The position numbers and the translations under genes were made by a program. Shown in pieces: positions 29,672-38,721 of a stretch of DNA of 64,000 nt. How positions within the stretch are numbered: position 1 is the first letter of the stretch; each line of letters begins with the position of its first letter. Under the pieces are notes generated by a model, which saw only the letters and a list, made by a program, of their open reading frames with translations, was not told the origin of the DNA and made no database searches. Location of the stretch: positions 288,001 through 352,000 of the forward strand of contig CAVVUN010000012.1 of assembly GCA_963751455.1 (NCBI GenBank). The letters are read 5' to 3'. This DNA is from Nitrospirota bacterium (lineage in GTDB: Bacteria > Nitrospirota > UBA9217).

Positions 29672-32317
29672 TTACTTACTAAATATAATATTCGAAACAT
29701 CGATAACATCTTCCTTCAACGCAGTGTTAGATAGCAGCTCCCATGATGTGCTCCTTATGGCTGCCTTCAAATCACTCGCAATTGGCTCTATAATGTTTAT
29801 TATATTTGGGTTGGCATGGATGACTATACTCTCAATGCTTCGCCAACTTGGGAGCTGATGAGCCGCCTTCGCCTTATTGACCGCAGAATACACGGCCTGA
29901 GCTACATCAAAACTACTGTTCTTGTCAGGCGGAGAAATCCCCTTGAAATCCGTGTCGTTGGGCCAAGGTGCAATTGAAATACTCTTAATTCCAGTTTCCC
30001 CTGCAAATTCCCAAGACCAAACTTCCTCGCAGATATAGGGAATAAACGGTGCAAACATCTTGATTAATGTTTTAAGACCGAGACGCTGAGCGGCTATAGA
30101 CGACCCTTGATCTTCTGATTTAATACCATCTCCGCCCCATGTTCTCTTTTTGCTTAACTCAAGATAACTATCTGTGAAAGAATGCCAGAAGAAACTTTCA
30201 AGGGTGGAAAGGGCACTGCAGAAATTATATTCGTTTAATTGTTCAGTTACCGTTCGTACAGCTTTTCTGAGATGATCAATGAATGCCCGGTCTAATTCAC
30301 AAGATATGCTGTTTCCAGGTCCCTTTTGTGAAAGCACGAATTTTGAGGCATTATATATTTTTACAACAAGTCGGTTGCCTATTTTTACGATATTCTCATC
30401 ATATGCAGTATCAACTCCAAGTCGCGCATTCCCTGCCCAATAACGGAGGGCATCGGAGGAATACTTTTCAAGAAGATCGGTCGGCACAATAACATTACCT
30501 TTACTCTTGGACATTTTTTTTCTGTCTGGATCAAGAACCCATCCTGAAATGTTAATATTTTTCCAAGGTATTATATTTTCATGCAGCAGAGATTTCACTA
30601 TTGTGTAAAAAGCCCACGTTCTTATAATTTCATGACTTTGTGGCCGCAAATCCATAGGAAATAACTTACTGTGCCGATCTTCGTCTACTAACCATCGAGA
30701 TGCGATTTGAGGAGTCAATGAACTCGTGAACCAGGTATCAAAAACATCGGCTTCTGCAACAAACCCATTTGCTATTCCTCTCTGCCCTTCAGAATAGCCA
30801 GAGGGACAGGTTACTGCCGGGTCAACTGGAAGTTGATCTTCAGCGGCAATTATTGGCTTTGCGTAGTCTGGAATTCCATTATTATCGATAGGATACCATA
30901 CCGGGAAAGGGACGCCGAAATATCTTTGACGGCTGATGCACCAGTCCATATTTAAATTTTGGGTCCAATCCCTATATCTATTAAGCATAAAACTCGGATA
31001 CCAGTTGATTTCCTCCCCCTTTTCCAAAAGTTGTGCTTTCTTATCAAGTAGACGTACGAACCATTGACGTGTTGTTATGTATTCAAGAGGATGATCCCCT
31101 TTCTCGTAGTACCTGACAAAGTGTTTTAATGATCTCTTCGCGATTAAGGGGGGGGCATTTCCGACTGCAGCGCCATTTGGCCGTCTTAACATTTCAGCAA
31201 TTATTTCTCGAGCTTTCCGCACTGGCTTGCCGGCAAGTTCTGAATAAAAAGTATTTGCTAAACTCGGATTTTGACTATGCCAACCCTCATGGCCAAAGCT
31301 GATGTTTGCGAATCTCCCATCTCCTGAAATAATCTGCCTTAAAGGCAGATTTTCTTCACGCCACCATTGAACATCGTTTTGATCTCCGAATGTACAGACC
31401 ATAAGGATGCCGGTGCCTTTTTCAGGATTCACCATTTTACTAGGAAAGCATCGAACTTCTGAAAAAAATAAGGGAGTAATGGCTTTTTCCCCGACTAGGT
31501 GCTTATACCTTGGGTCGTCCGGATGAAATGTAACTCCAACGCAGGCCGGTAGAAGCTCGGGGCGGGTAGTCGATATGGTGAAACCAGCATCTGATTCGGC
31601 TAGACCAAAACGAATATCGTGAAAAACGCCTTCAACTTCTCGATCTTCAACTTCTGCTTGAGCAATTGCAGTTTGAAAGTCAATATCCCACATGGTGGGC
31701 CCTTCCGAACTATACAGGTGGCCCTTTCTCAGTAGGTCCAAAAAACTTACTTGCGCAATAGTTCTACAAAGCTTATCAATGGTTGAGTATTCCTGATGCC
31801 AATCCACAGACAATCCGATTCTTTGCCACAAACTTTTGAATACTTCTTCATCTTCTTTTGTCAGTTTAACGCAAAGATCTAAAAAATTAGATCGTGATAT
31901 AATCTGCGGTTTTTTCTTCCTATCTTCCGAGTCCGCCTGTTTTATGTTCAAATGCTCTTTATACGGCTCATTAGGATCGCATCGGACATGAAAATAATTT
32001 TGAACCCTTCTCTCTGTTGGAAGGCCATTGTCGTCCCATCCCATTGGATAAAATATATTTTTCCCGACCATTCTTTGATATCGAACGATGATATCAGTAT
32101 GCGTGTAGCTAAATATATGACCGATATGAAGAGAACCTGAAACTGTTGGTGGCGGTGTATCGATTGCAAATGTTTCGGCACGTTTTTTCGAGGAATCGTA
32201 TTTGAATATACCAAGCTCATCCCATAGCGCTTGATATTTTTTTTCAGCTGCTCTTGAATCGAAATGTTTTGGTAAGGTACTCGCATCAAATGAATTTCTA
32301 TCGTTTTTAATTATCAT
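29672..32317 (-). CDS. valS: Valyl-tRNA synthetase, type 2 (archaeal/actinobacterial-like), island-borne
   Basis: DTPPPTVSGSLHIGH, GWDDNGLPTER, WCISRQRYFG, DTWFTSS, RPQSHEIIRTW, KMSKS; no long C-terminal coiled coil. Confidence 0.93.
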   Translation of the reverse strand: MIIKNDRNSFDASTLPKHFDSRAAEKKYQALWDELGIFKYDSSKKRAETFAIDTPPPTVSGSLHIGHIFSYTHTDIIVRYQRMVGKNIFYPMGWDDNGLPTERRVQNYFHVRCDPNEPYKEHLNIKQADSEDRKKKPQIISRSNFLDLCVKLTKEDEEVFKSLWQRIGLSVDWHQEYSTIDKLCRTIAQVSFLDLLRKGHLYSSEGPTMWDIDFQTAIAQAEVEDREVEGVFHDIRFGLAESDAGFTISTTRPELLPACVGVTFHPDDPRYKHLVGEKAITPLFFSEVRCFPSKMVNPEKGTGILMVCTFGDQNDVQWWREENLPLRQIISGDGRFANISFGHEGWHSQNPSLANTFYSELAGKPVRKAREIIAEMLRRPNGAAVGNAPPLIAKRSLKHFVRYYEKGDHPLEYITTRQWFVRLLDKKAQLLEKGEEINWYPSFMLNRYRDWTQNLNMDWCISRQRYFGVPFPVWYPIDNNGIPDYAKPIIAAEDQLPVDPAVTCPSGYSEGQRGIANGFVAEADVFDTWFTSSLTPQIASRWLVDEDRHSKLFPMDLRPQSHEIIRTWAFYTIVKSLLHENIIPWKNINISGWVLDPDRKKMSKSKGNVIVPTDLLEKYSSDALRYWAGNARLGVDTAYDENIVKIGNRLVVKIYNASKFVLSQKGPGNSISCELDRAFIDHLRKAVRTVTEQLNEYNFCSALSTLESFFWHSFTDSYLELSKKRTWGGDGIKSEDQGSSIAAQRLGLKTLIKMFAPFIPYICEEVWSWEFAGETGIKSISIAPWPNDTDFKGISPPDKNSSFDVAQAVYSAVNKAKAAHQLPSWRSIESIVIHANPNIINIIEPIASDLKAAIRSTSWELLSNTALKEDVIDVSNIIFSK

Positions 32318-32529
32318 CTTTCAAAATCCTAAAACAACCCAAAGTAATAAATTTGCATTTGGCTGACAGTTAATTTTCAATTAAGCTTACATAGCTTAAA
32401 ATTAAACATAATATGTAATTGAAAAATTGCGGATAGTAAGGAAAGAAGGAGTAGCCGAACCTAGTATCACTCTATCTAAAAAGGACTCTATTTAGATAAG
32501 GCAGCGTTCTGCGGATATCATTTAAGGGC

Positions 32530-32559
32530 ATTATAGTGATCTACACACTTGTTTGTCAA
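32530..32559 (-). promoter_or_regulatory. Consensus sigma70 promoter driving the island
   Basis: Minus strand TTGACA (32559-32554) - 18 bp - TATAAT (32535-32530), about 210 bp upstream of valS. Confidence 0.8.
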
Positions 32560-32773
32560 GCGTTTATTTGCGGTGTTCGCGGGTCGCAAACATGCTGATC
32601 TCGCCGGTATATCCCTAGCGGGAGGACTAGGTTCCCCGGCTTTGACGATATTTCCATTTACCCTGCGGATGGACCACTATGCAGAGGCATCTGTGAGAGA
32701 ACTACGGGCTCGAGGTATCGCTAACGCTCGCTTCTTCTCAGAGATCGCTGCTCTTACCTAAGAAATCATCTTG

Positions 32774-32946
32774 CGGAACAGCGAGGCTATAATGAAACTG
32801 TTATACATCGCAATGTAAATCTCAAAGAAATGGACCATGCCGATCCATGACTGAAGTCGGCGCTGAGCGGTTTTACGATCTTATTTTAAGAAAGAACGCC
32901 TGCGCTTTAAATCGAGTGGACATTTACACAAACTATTTACATGGCC
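32774..32946 (+). mobile_element. Degraded IS256-family transposase 3' end and terminal inverted repeat
   Basis: Broken frames read NSEAIMKLLYIAM*/ISKKWTMPIHD/KSALSGFTILF*ER, matching the IS256 C-terminal KLLYLA..ISKKWTMPI.DWK.AL..F.I.F.ER pattern; followed by tttacacaaactatttacatggcc. Confidence 0.8.
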
Positions 32947-32951
32947 GACTG

Positions 32952-34871
32952 TTATAACTTTCTCATTTCGCCGCCGAACATTTCCACAACCTTATTTACC
33001 AAAGCCGTCAGCGAGGGGTCGCGCGCTCCCATGATAAGCACGCAGTCTTCCGGTTTCGCATCGAGTTTTAATGTTTTCAATAACTCGTCTCGGCTGTTGA
33101 GGGCTTGCGCATTGAATGGCGCGGGACCAAGGCCGTTTATGATATCTTCCGAGGAAATATTTTTTTGCGCCGTGCCTCCCGCATAATAGATCGGGAGGAG
33201 ATAGAGTGAATCATTTGGCCGGAACGCGGCTCGAAAAGTTTCGATGTATTCGTCTTTCAAAAACCGTGTAGGGCCGAAGCCATGCGGCTGATATACGGCC
33301 AGGATGCGTCCGGAAAGGCCTCGGGCTGCCCGAACAACAGCCGCTATTTTTGCCGGATTATGGGCAAAGTCATCAACCACATGCACGTTCGCTTTTGTTG
33401 CGGTGACGGAAAATCGCCGGGCCACACCCTCATAATTTTTTACCGCATGCGCAAGGGCAGACGGCTCGCAAGCGAAATACTCGCATACGCAGAGCGCAGC
33501 GCACAGGTTTTCAAGATTGTGCTCTCCGGGAAGCGGCAGATGATACTCAGTGCCGCTCCTGAATAATTTGACCGAAGTCGGGAGGAGTTGCTCCCGGTCC
33601 GGCCGCCACGAACCCGAGCCGTTTCGGCCGAAGCGCACGGTTGCAGGAAGCGAAGCAAGGACCGGATCGTCGGCGTTGGAGGCCGTCCAGGAAGATTGCG
33701 AAGCCAGCGTTTTGAAGAGTTTCGCAATGTCCTCAATGCTTTTGTGGTCCTTGGAAACATTCAGGATGACCGATGCTTCCGGACGATATTTGACCACGGT
33801 TCCATCGCTTTCGTCCGCCTCCACTACCAGGAGCTCGGACCCGCCGCTGTATGCATTGCCGATAAGGCCCTGTTTTTCGAGCCTGCGCAGGCCCGCGCCG
33901 CTGATCAACGATGGCGACTTTCCGCATGCGGTCAGGAATTCGAATATCATAGCAGTAACCGTCGACTTGCCGCTTGTGCCGGCGACTGCAATGGTCTTTT
34001 TTAGTCCGATGAGAGCGCTCAGCAGATCAGAGCGATGGACGATGGGAATGCCGCGGCTGCGGGCGGCTACAATATCCGGATTCGATTCTTCTATGGCGGT
34101 TGAAACGCAAATGACATGGGTATCCGCACTCACACCGGAACCGTCCTGCTGAACGATGGAGCACCCGAGGCTTTCAAGCGATTGCCGGATCGGGGCGGTA
34201 TCCTCGCTTGCATGGAAACGATCGGAACCCGAGACCGTGATTCCCTGAAAGCGCAGGTATTGCGCGAGAGCGCTCATGCCGCTGCCGAAAACTCCGGTAA
34301 AATGAACGTTGCGGCATGGATGGCCGTTGATGACAATCGCGGGAGGATCGATATAGACCAGCGTACCTTCTCCGACGGTTTCAAACAGCCGGGTAATATC
34401 GAGATTGCGCATGCAGACGCACCCGTACGACAGGGGAGTTCCGATCAGGTCTTCTCTGCCGGTGCCGTGGATATAAATATAACGCTCATAGGAATCCACG
34501 CCCCCGCCCTTATTGATGCCCTCTTCAAGACCTTCGAGCCGCAGAATGCGGGTCAGGATGAGATTATCCCGGGTAAGACGGTGGTCCCAGTCGATGCCGG
34601 TATCCTCGCGGTCCGTGAAAATGCGACCTACGCGCGCGCCGGCTCCGAACTTTTCCCTGATCCGATGAAGACCGAGCGGCGTTTTGAGCGAGTTTTCCCG
34701 ATTGCCGATGCCGAAGCGGGAGGTCGAGGCGTCATATCGCTCGACGATGGTATCGTTCGAGCAGACAAGGAGCGTCTGTGTCTCGATGGATACGATGAGA
34801 AATAGATCGTGCGGGGCCGGTAAAAACTTCCGTATTTTTTCGTGAATACAGCGTAATCGGACTGTTTCCAT
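32952..34871 (-). CDS. Fusion of YkuD (L,D-transpeptidase fold) domain and MurC/Mpl-like Mur ligase
   Basis: N-terminal TPLGLH, RYIYIHGT, SYGCVCM; then GVFGSGMSALA, GTSGKST, VEADESD, DDFAHNP, YQPH; no signal peptide. Confidence 0.88.
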   Translation of the reverse strand: METVRLRCIHEKIRKFLPAPHDLFLIVSIETQTLLVCSNDTIVERYDASTSRFGIGNRENSLKTPLGLHRIREKFGAGARVGRIFTDREDTGIDWDHRLTRDNLILTRILRLEGLEEGINKGGGVDSYERYIYIHGTGREDLIGTPLSYGCVCMRNLDITRLFETVGEGTLVYIDPPAIVINGHPCRNVHFTGVFGSGMSALAQYLRFQGITVSGSDRFHASEDTAPIRQSLESLGCSIVQQDGSGVSADTHVICVSTAIEESNPDIVAARSRGIPIVHRSDLLSALIGLKKTIAVAGTSGKSTVTAMIFEFLTACGKSPSLISGAGLRRLEKQGLIGNAYSGGSELLVVEADESDGTVVKYRPEASVILNVSKDHKSIEDIAKLFKTLASQSSWTASNADDPVLASLPATVRFGRNGSGSWRPDREQLLPTSVKLFRSGTEYHLPLPGEHNLENLCAALCVCEYFACEPSALAHAVKNYEGVARRFSVTATKANVHVVDDFAHNPAKIAAVVRAARGLSGRILAVYQPHGFGPTRFLKDEYIETFRAAFRPNDSLYLLPIYYAGGTAQKNISSEDIINGLGPAPFNAQALNSRDELLKTLKLDAKPEDCVLIMGARDPSLTALVNKVVEMFGGEMRKL

Positions 34872-34926
34872 AAGAAACTGCTGCTTTATCCTTTGTAAAA
34901 GTTTATTTCGAACGCTGTCCGGTTAT

Positions 34927-35090
34927 CCTGAAAAAAGCAGTTGGACACGGATAAAATCTGATCAACACGGATTTATAGGAAGTTACGAACAGTAATGGAT
35001 TCACCCAAAAGGCGAGATGGCTTTTTGCTCTATCACATTGTTTTGATCCGCTGTTTCCGTGTTCATCCGTGTTCAAATGCCGTTTTTAGG
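34927..35090. mobile_element. 164-bp MITE, target duplication GTTAT
   Basis: Reverse complement of 15540-15703 with one difference seen by eye; GTTAT on both sides. Confidence 0.93.
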
Positions 35091-35218
35091 GTTATAGATG
35101 CCTGGCACTAGTCTCCTTCGCAAAATACTGTATTTTAAAGAAAACGACAAGAGAAAAAAGAAGAGCTGCAGCGTTGTCAGCCTTGCAGGTTGAATGGATT
35201 CGGAGGCGGAATAAAAAA

Positions 35219-36139
35219 TTAATGCATAGAGACCAGGCCCGGTTGGCTACTGGCCTGCTCAGGTGAAACCGTCCGGACGCCCCCTGCACCGGGCCTTTGG
35301 AGCAAAGCGGCCGACTCGAGGTTAATGCCGATCTCGGCAAGCATCAGCGTGCTTCTCCATAAGCTGTTCCTGGAGCGCGCGCCGAGAACAGCGGTATAAA
35401 AGGGGCCCTTGTCCGTGTCGATCGCGCAAACGAAACAGTGCCGCGCATCACCCGTATAACCTGTTTTCCCGATGAAATTGTCCTTTTTCCAGAGCAGATC
35501 GTTCGAGTTCTCCACAACGATTACCCTCCCCGTGGAGGTCGTGACAATCCATATTTTTTTGGAGAGAATATCCTTTATGAGAGGATAAGCAAACGCGGCC
35601 TTCATAATGAGCGCAAGATCGCTTGCTGTCGTGTATTGTATCCCTTCAGGAAGGCCGGTTGCGTTTGCAAATAACGTTTTTTTCGTCCCGATATCTTTGG
35701 CTTTCCTGTTCATGAGCGCCACGAATTCCCGCTCCGTACCGGCGGCAGCCTCGGCAAGGGCGACTGCCGCGGAATTGATGGACTTCATAAGCGCAAGATG
35801 AAGAAGATCGGAAACAGCCATTTCTTCATCAAAATATATTTTCGGCGGAATGGTCTTGACCTTTGCGGCTTTTCTGCTGACCCTTACTTTGAGTGATGGC
35901 TCGAGCTGGTCGAGCACAACCATGGCGGTAACGAGCTTGACCGTGCTGGCGGGTGCGAGTTTTGCGTCGGGGTATTTTGAATAAACCACGGTGCCGGCGG
36001 AATCCATGAGCACGGCAGCCTCTGCCGGGATCGCGTTCCGCGGTTTAGCGGAGACCGCGGGTTCCCCTATGAGGAACAGGATTGAGAACGCAAAAGCAAG
36101 ACAGAGGTATTTAAACGCGGCCGCCCTAGAGATGTCCAT
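35219..36139 (-). CDS. D-alanyl-D-alanine carboxypeptidase (S11, DacA-like)
   Basis: PASTVK (SxxK), SIN (SxN), GKTG; signal peptide. Confidence 0.9.
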   Translation of the reverse strand: MDISRAAAFKYLCLAFAFSILFLIGEPAVSAKPRNAIPAEAAVLMDSAGTVVYSKYPDAKLAPASTVKLVTAMVVLDQLEPSLKVRVSRKAAKVKTIPPKIYFDEEMAVSDLLHLALMKSINSAAVALAEAAAGTEREFVALMNRKAKDIGTKKTLFANATGLPEGIQYTTASDLALIMKAAFAYPLIKDILSKKIWIVTTSTGRVIVVENSNDLLWKKDNFIGKTGYTGDARHCFVCAIDTDKGPFYTAVLGARSRNSLWRSTLMLAEIGINLESAALLQRPGAGGVRTVSPEQASSQPGLVSMH

Positions 36140-36332
36140 ATATAAAATAGCGAGATGAAGGAAATGCTTTAAATTGTAATTCTTTGTTCCTGCCCCGTAG
36201 GCGAGCCAATATTAAACCGAGAAGAGGACTTCGTCAAGAATATAGTTCAAGCAAGGATAGGGTGTAGTTGGGCGTGAGGCCGGGGAGATCGGGAAAAAAT
36301 CCGAGAACCGGTATGGATCGGATATGTGTGTT

Positions 36333-37235
36333 TTAAAGTGACCTGGATGATTTACGTTTTCTCGTCTTCGTGGCTTGTCTCTCTTCCGCTGTCTCCACTG
36401 ACGGAACAAAGTCAGGTTCAGATGTCAGATTGACCAGCACCGAGGTGCTTTTCCATAACTTTCTCCGGGAAGGCGCTCCGAGAACCGCGGCATAAACAAG
36501 TCCCTTCTCCGTTTCTATCGCCCCTACGAAGCAGTGTTGAGCCGTGTTCGTGAACCCCGTCTTTCCGCCAACCATGTCGTCTCTGTACCACAGCAGCGCA
36601 TCGGTGTTTCCAAAGCTTAATTTTCGTCCTTGAACCGTAGTGATGACTGCCGTTTTTTTGCCGATGATCTCCCGGATAAGCGGATAGGTAAGCGCCTTTT
36701 TCAGGATGGTCGTTAGATTGAGGGCTGTTGTATGCTGTTCCGTGCCGGGAAGCCCGGATGCGTTCCTGAAATCGGTGTCATTCGCCCCGATCTCCTGAGC
36801 TTTCCGGTTCATCACTACCACAAAATACTCTTCGGTTTGGCTTGTGGCTTCCGCCAAAGCAACGGCAGCAGCGTTGCTGGATTTCATTAAGGCGAGATGG
36901 AGCAGGTCGGATACGGTAACCTGGTCGCCTGCCTTAAGCCGCGGCCTCCCTGAACGCGTCCTTGCAGCAGTGCTGCTGACCGTCACGACGGCCGCCGGAT
37001 CCAGGCTATCCAGAGCTACCATGGCGGTCATCAGTTTTACGGTACTGGCGGGAGGCAGCTTTGTGGAGGCGTTTTTCGAGAACAGGATAGTGTCGTCGGC
37101 ACCAAGGATAACGCAAGCCTTCGCACGGATGGCCCTTGGCGAAAAAGAATAAGCAGGTCGGGCCAGGAAGAGAAACCCGATAATCACAAAAAATAAAATT
37201 CTTCTCATGCCCGGCCCCGGCCTCTTGAACTGCAC
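36333..37235 (-). CDS. D-alanyl-D-alanine carboxypeptidase (S11), tandem paralog
   Basis: PASTVK, SSN, GGKTG; signal peptide; start may be MRRILFF. Confidence 0.9.
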   Translation of the reverse strand: MQFKRPGPGMRRILFFVIIGFLFLARPAYSFSPRAIRAKACVILGADDTILFSKNASTKLPPASTVKLMTAMVALDSLDPAAVVTVSSTAARTRSGRPRLKAGDQVTVSDLLHLALMKSSNAAAVALAEATSQTEEYFVVVMNRKAQEIGANDTDFRNASGLPGTEQHTTALNLTTILKKALTYPLIREIIGKKTAVITTVQGRKLSFGNTDALLWYRDDMVGGKTGFTNTAQHCFVGAIETEKGLVYAAVLGAPSRRKLWKSTSVLVNLTSEPDFVPSVETAEERQATKTRKRKSSRSL

Positions 37236-37349
37236 GTTGTACGTTAAAGGTATTATATACAGGAGCCGGGATTTCTTTGTGTGATTTGCATCACCAAACT
37301 AACAATAATCGTCGCCATGGTGGACGCGCTTTCGCGGCTGTGGCTGCAA

Positions 37350-38315
37350 TCATCCTTTTCTGCCTGTCACGAGAACTGTTTCGCCGAGCGGCTTTGTCCT
37401 GATGCCCTTGAATCCCGCCTTTTCCAGCCATCCTTTAATTTCCTGAACCGTGTAAGACCGGCCGGCTGTTGTGTTGACCAGCATATTTACGGAGAAGAGG
37501 GCGCCGGGCACAGGATGGGCCCGGTCCTTTTCGAGCAAAAATTCCTGGATAACGATCCGGCCCATCGGGTTCATGGCATTGCGCGCCTTCTCGATAAGCG
37601 CCGTGCTTTCATCAATCGAAAGGGAGTGCACGATCTGGCTGATGAAGACCAGATCATAGCCGCTGCCGATGTTGTCGGTATGGAAATCTCCCGGGACGTA
37701 ATAAATATTCTTTACGCCCTGTTCGCTCCCGATCTCTTTCGCGATGGTAATTGTTTCGGGCAGGTCAAAGAGCGTAACGCTGATTTTTTTTCGCGCAAGT
37801 TCGATGCTGTACGTTCCGGGACCGCCGCCCAGATCGAGCGCCCTTATCACGCCTTTGAGGTCTATGGCCGCAATAACGCCTTTTGCCCGGAATACGGCAT
37901 TGTTATGCATGGCCCTGATAAATGATCCGTAGTCACGCACGCCTGACCGGTTCGGCAGACCGGTTTTGACGACTTCATCCAGGCCGGACCAGCTCTTCCA
38001 GAGGTTGTCGGCATGGCGCAGCATATCTCCCTGGTAAAGCGCGCTGTCCTTTACCAGAAACCGTTTAGCCGTCTCGGTATTCCGATATTTGCCGCCTGAT
38101 TTTCTGAGCAGCCCCAGGGAAGTAACGGCATCGAGCAGGACCTCCGTGGCCCTTGCATCAGCGGCAATGACGCCCGCAATTTCTCCCGCAGTCTTCGGAG
38201 ATTTCAGATAATCGAAAACCCGGTAATTGTTCGCAGTCAGAACCACGCGTGAAGCCCTGAACCCGCCCCAGAGTCTCGCAAATTCCTGATGCTGTTTCAA
38301 AAGGTCCTTGCTCAT
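37350..38315 (-). CDS. Class I SAM-dependent O-methyltransferase with dimerisation domain
   Basis: LDLGGGPG, FDLP, GDF, ISQIVH. Confidence 0.88.
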   Translation of the reverse strand: MSKDLLKQHQEFARLWGGFRASRVVLTANNYRVFDYLKSPKTAGEIAGVIAADARATEVLLDAVTSLGLLRKSGGKYRNTETAKRFLVKDSALYQGDMLRHADNLWKSWSGLDEVVKTGLPNRSGVRDYGSFIRAMHNNAVFRAKGVIAAIDLKGVIRALDLGGGPGTYSIELARKKISVTLFDLPETITIAKEIGSEQGVKNIYYVPGDFHTDNIGSGYDLVFISQIVHSLSIDESTALIEKARNAMNPMGRIVIQEFLLEKDRAHPVPGALFSVNMLVNTTAGRSYTVQEIKGWLEKAGFKGIRTKPLGETVLVTGRKG

Positions 38316-38415
38316 AACATATTCCTCCTCCCGCAGAGTGATGGCTTATGATAGGCAAAAAGAATACGAAAGTCAAAGTGAATTCGAGTGAGCCTTGCGA
38401 GCGAATAAGATTTAT

Positions 38416-38592
38416 CCTAAAAAGAGCGATTGGGACGCAGATAAGATCGGATAAACGCGGATAAAAACTGGATAAAAAAATACTTCTGAAACTGAAAAAA
38501 GCTCACCCTTGTGGTGAAGCTACTTTACACCTGAATGTCCGGTTTTATCTGCGAAAATCTGCGTTCATCTGCGTCCAACTGCCGTTTTCAGG
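38416..38592. mobile_element. 177-bp MITE of the same family, target duplication TTTAT
   Basis: cctaaaaa...ttttcagg termini; TTTAT at 38411-38415 and 38593-38597. Confidence 0.88.
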
Positions 38593-38721
38593 TTTATTGG
38601 AAAAGCGGGTCCACGCGAAAAGCTGTACAAAAGATCAAGTGAGACTGCCGGCAGTTTCATCTCCTTATGGTAAAATTTATATAAAAGCTTCAGCAGGCTG
38701 TTTTTTCAGTTGAGGAATGCC

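Noticed and set aside
32549-32761. 70-aa ORF at the island edge as a third precursor
   Set aside because: Opposite strand, no RBS, no similarity to the NW peptides, lies in decayed boundary sequence
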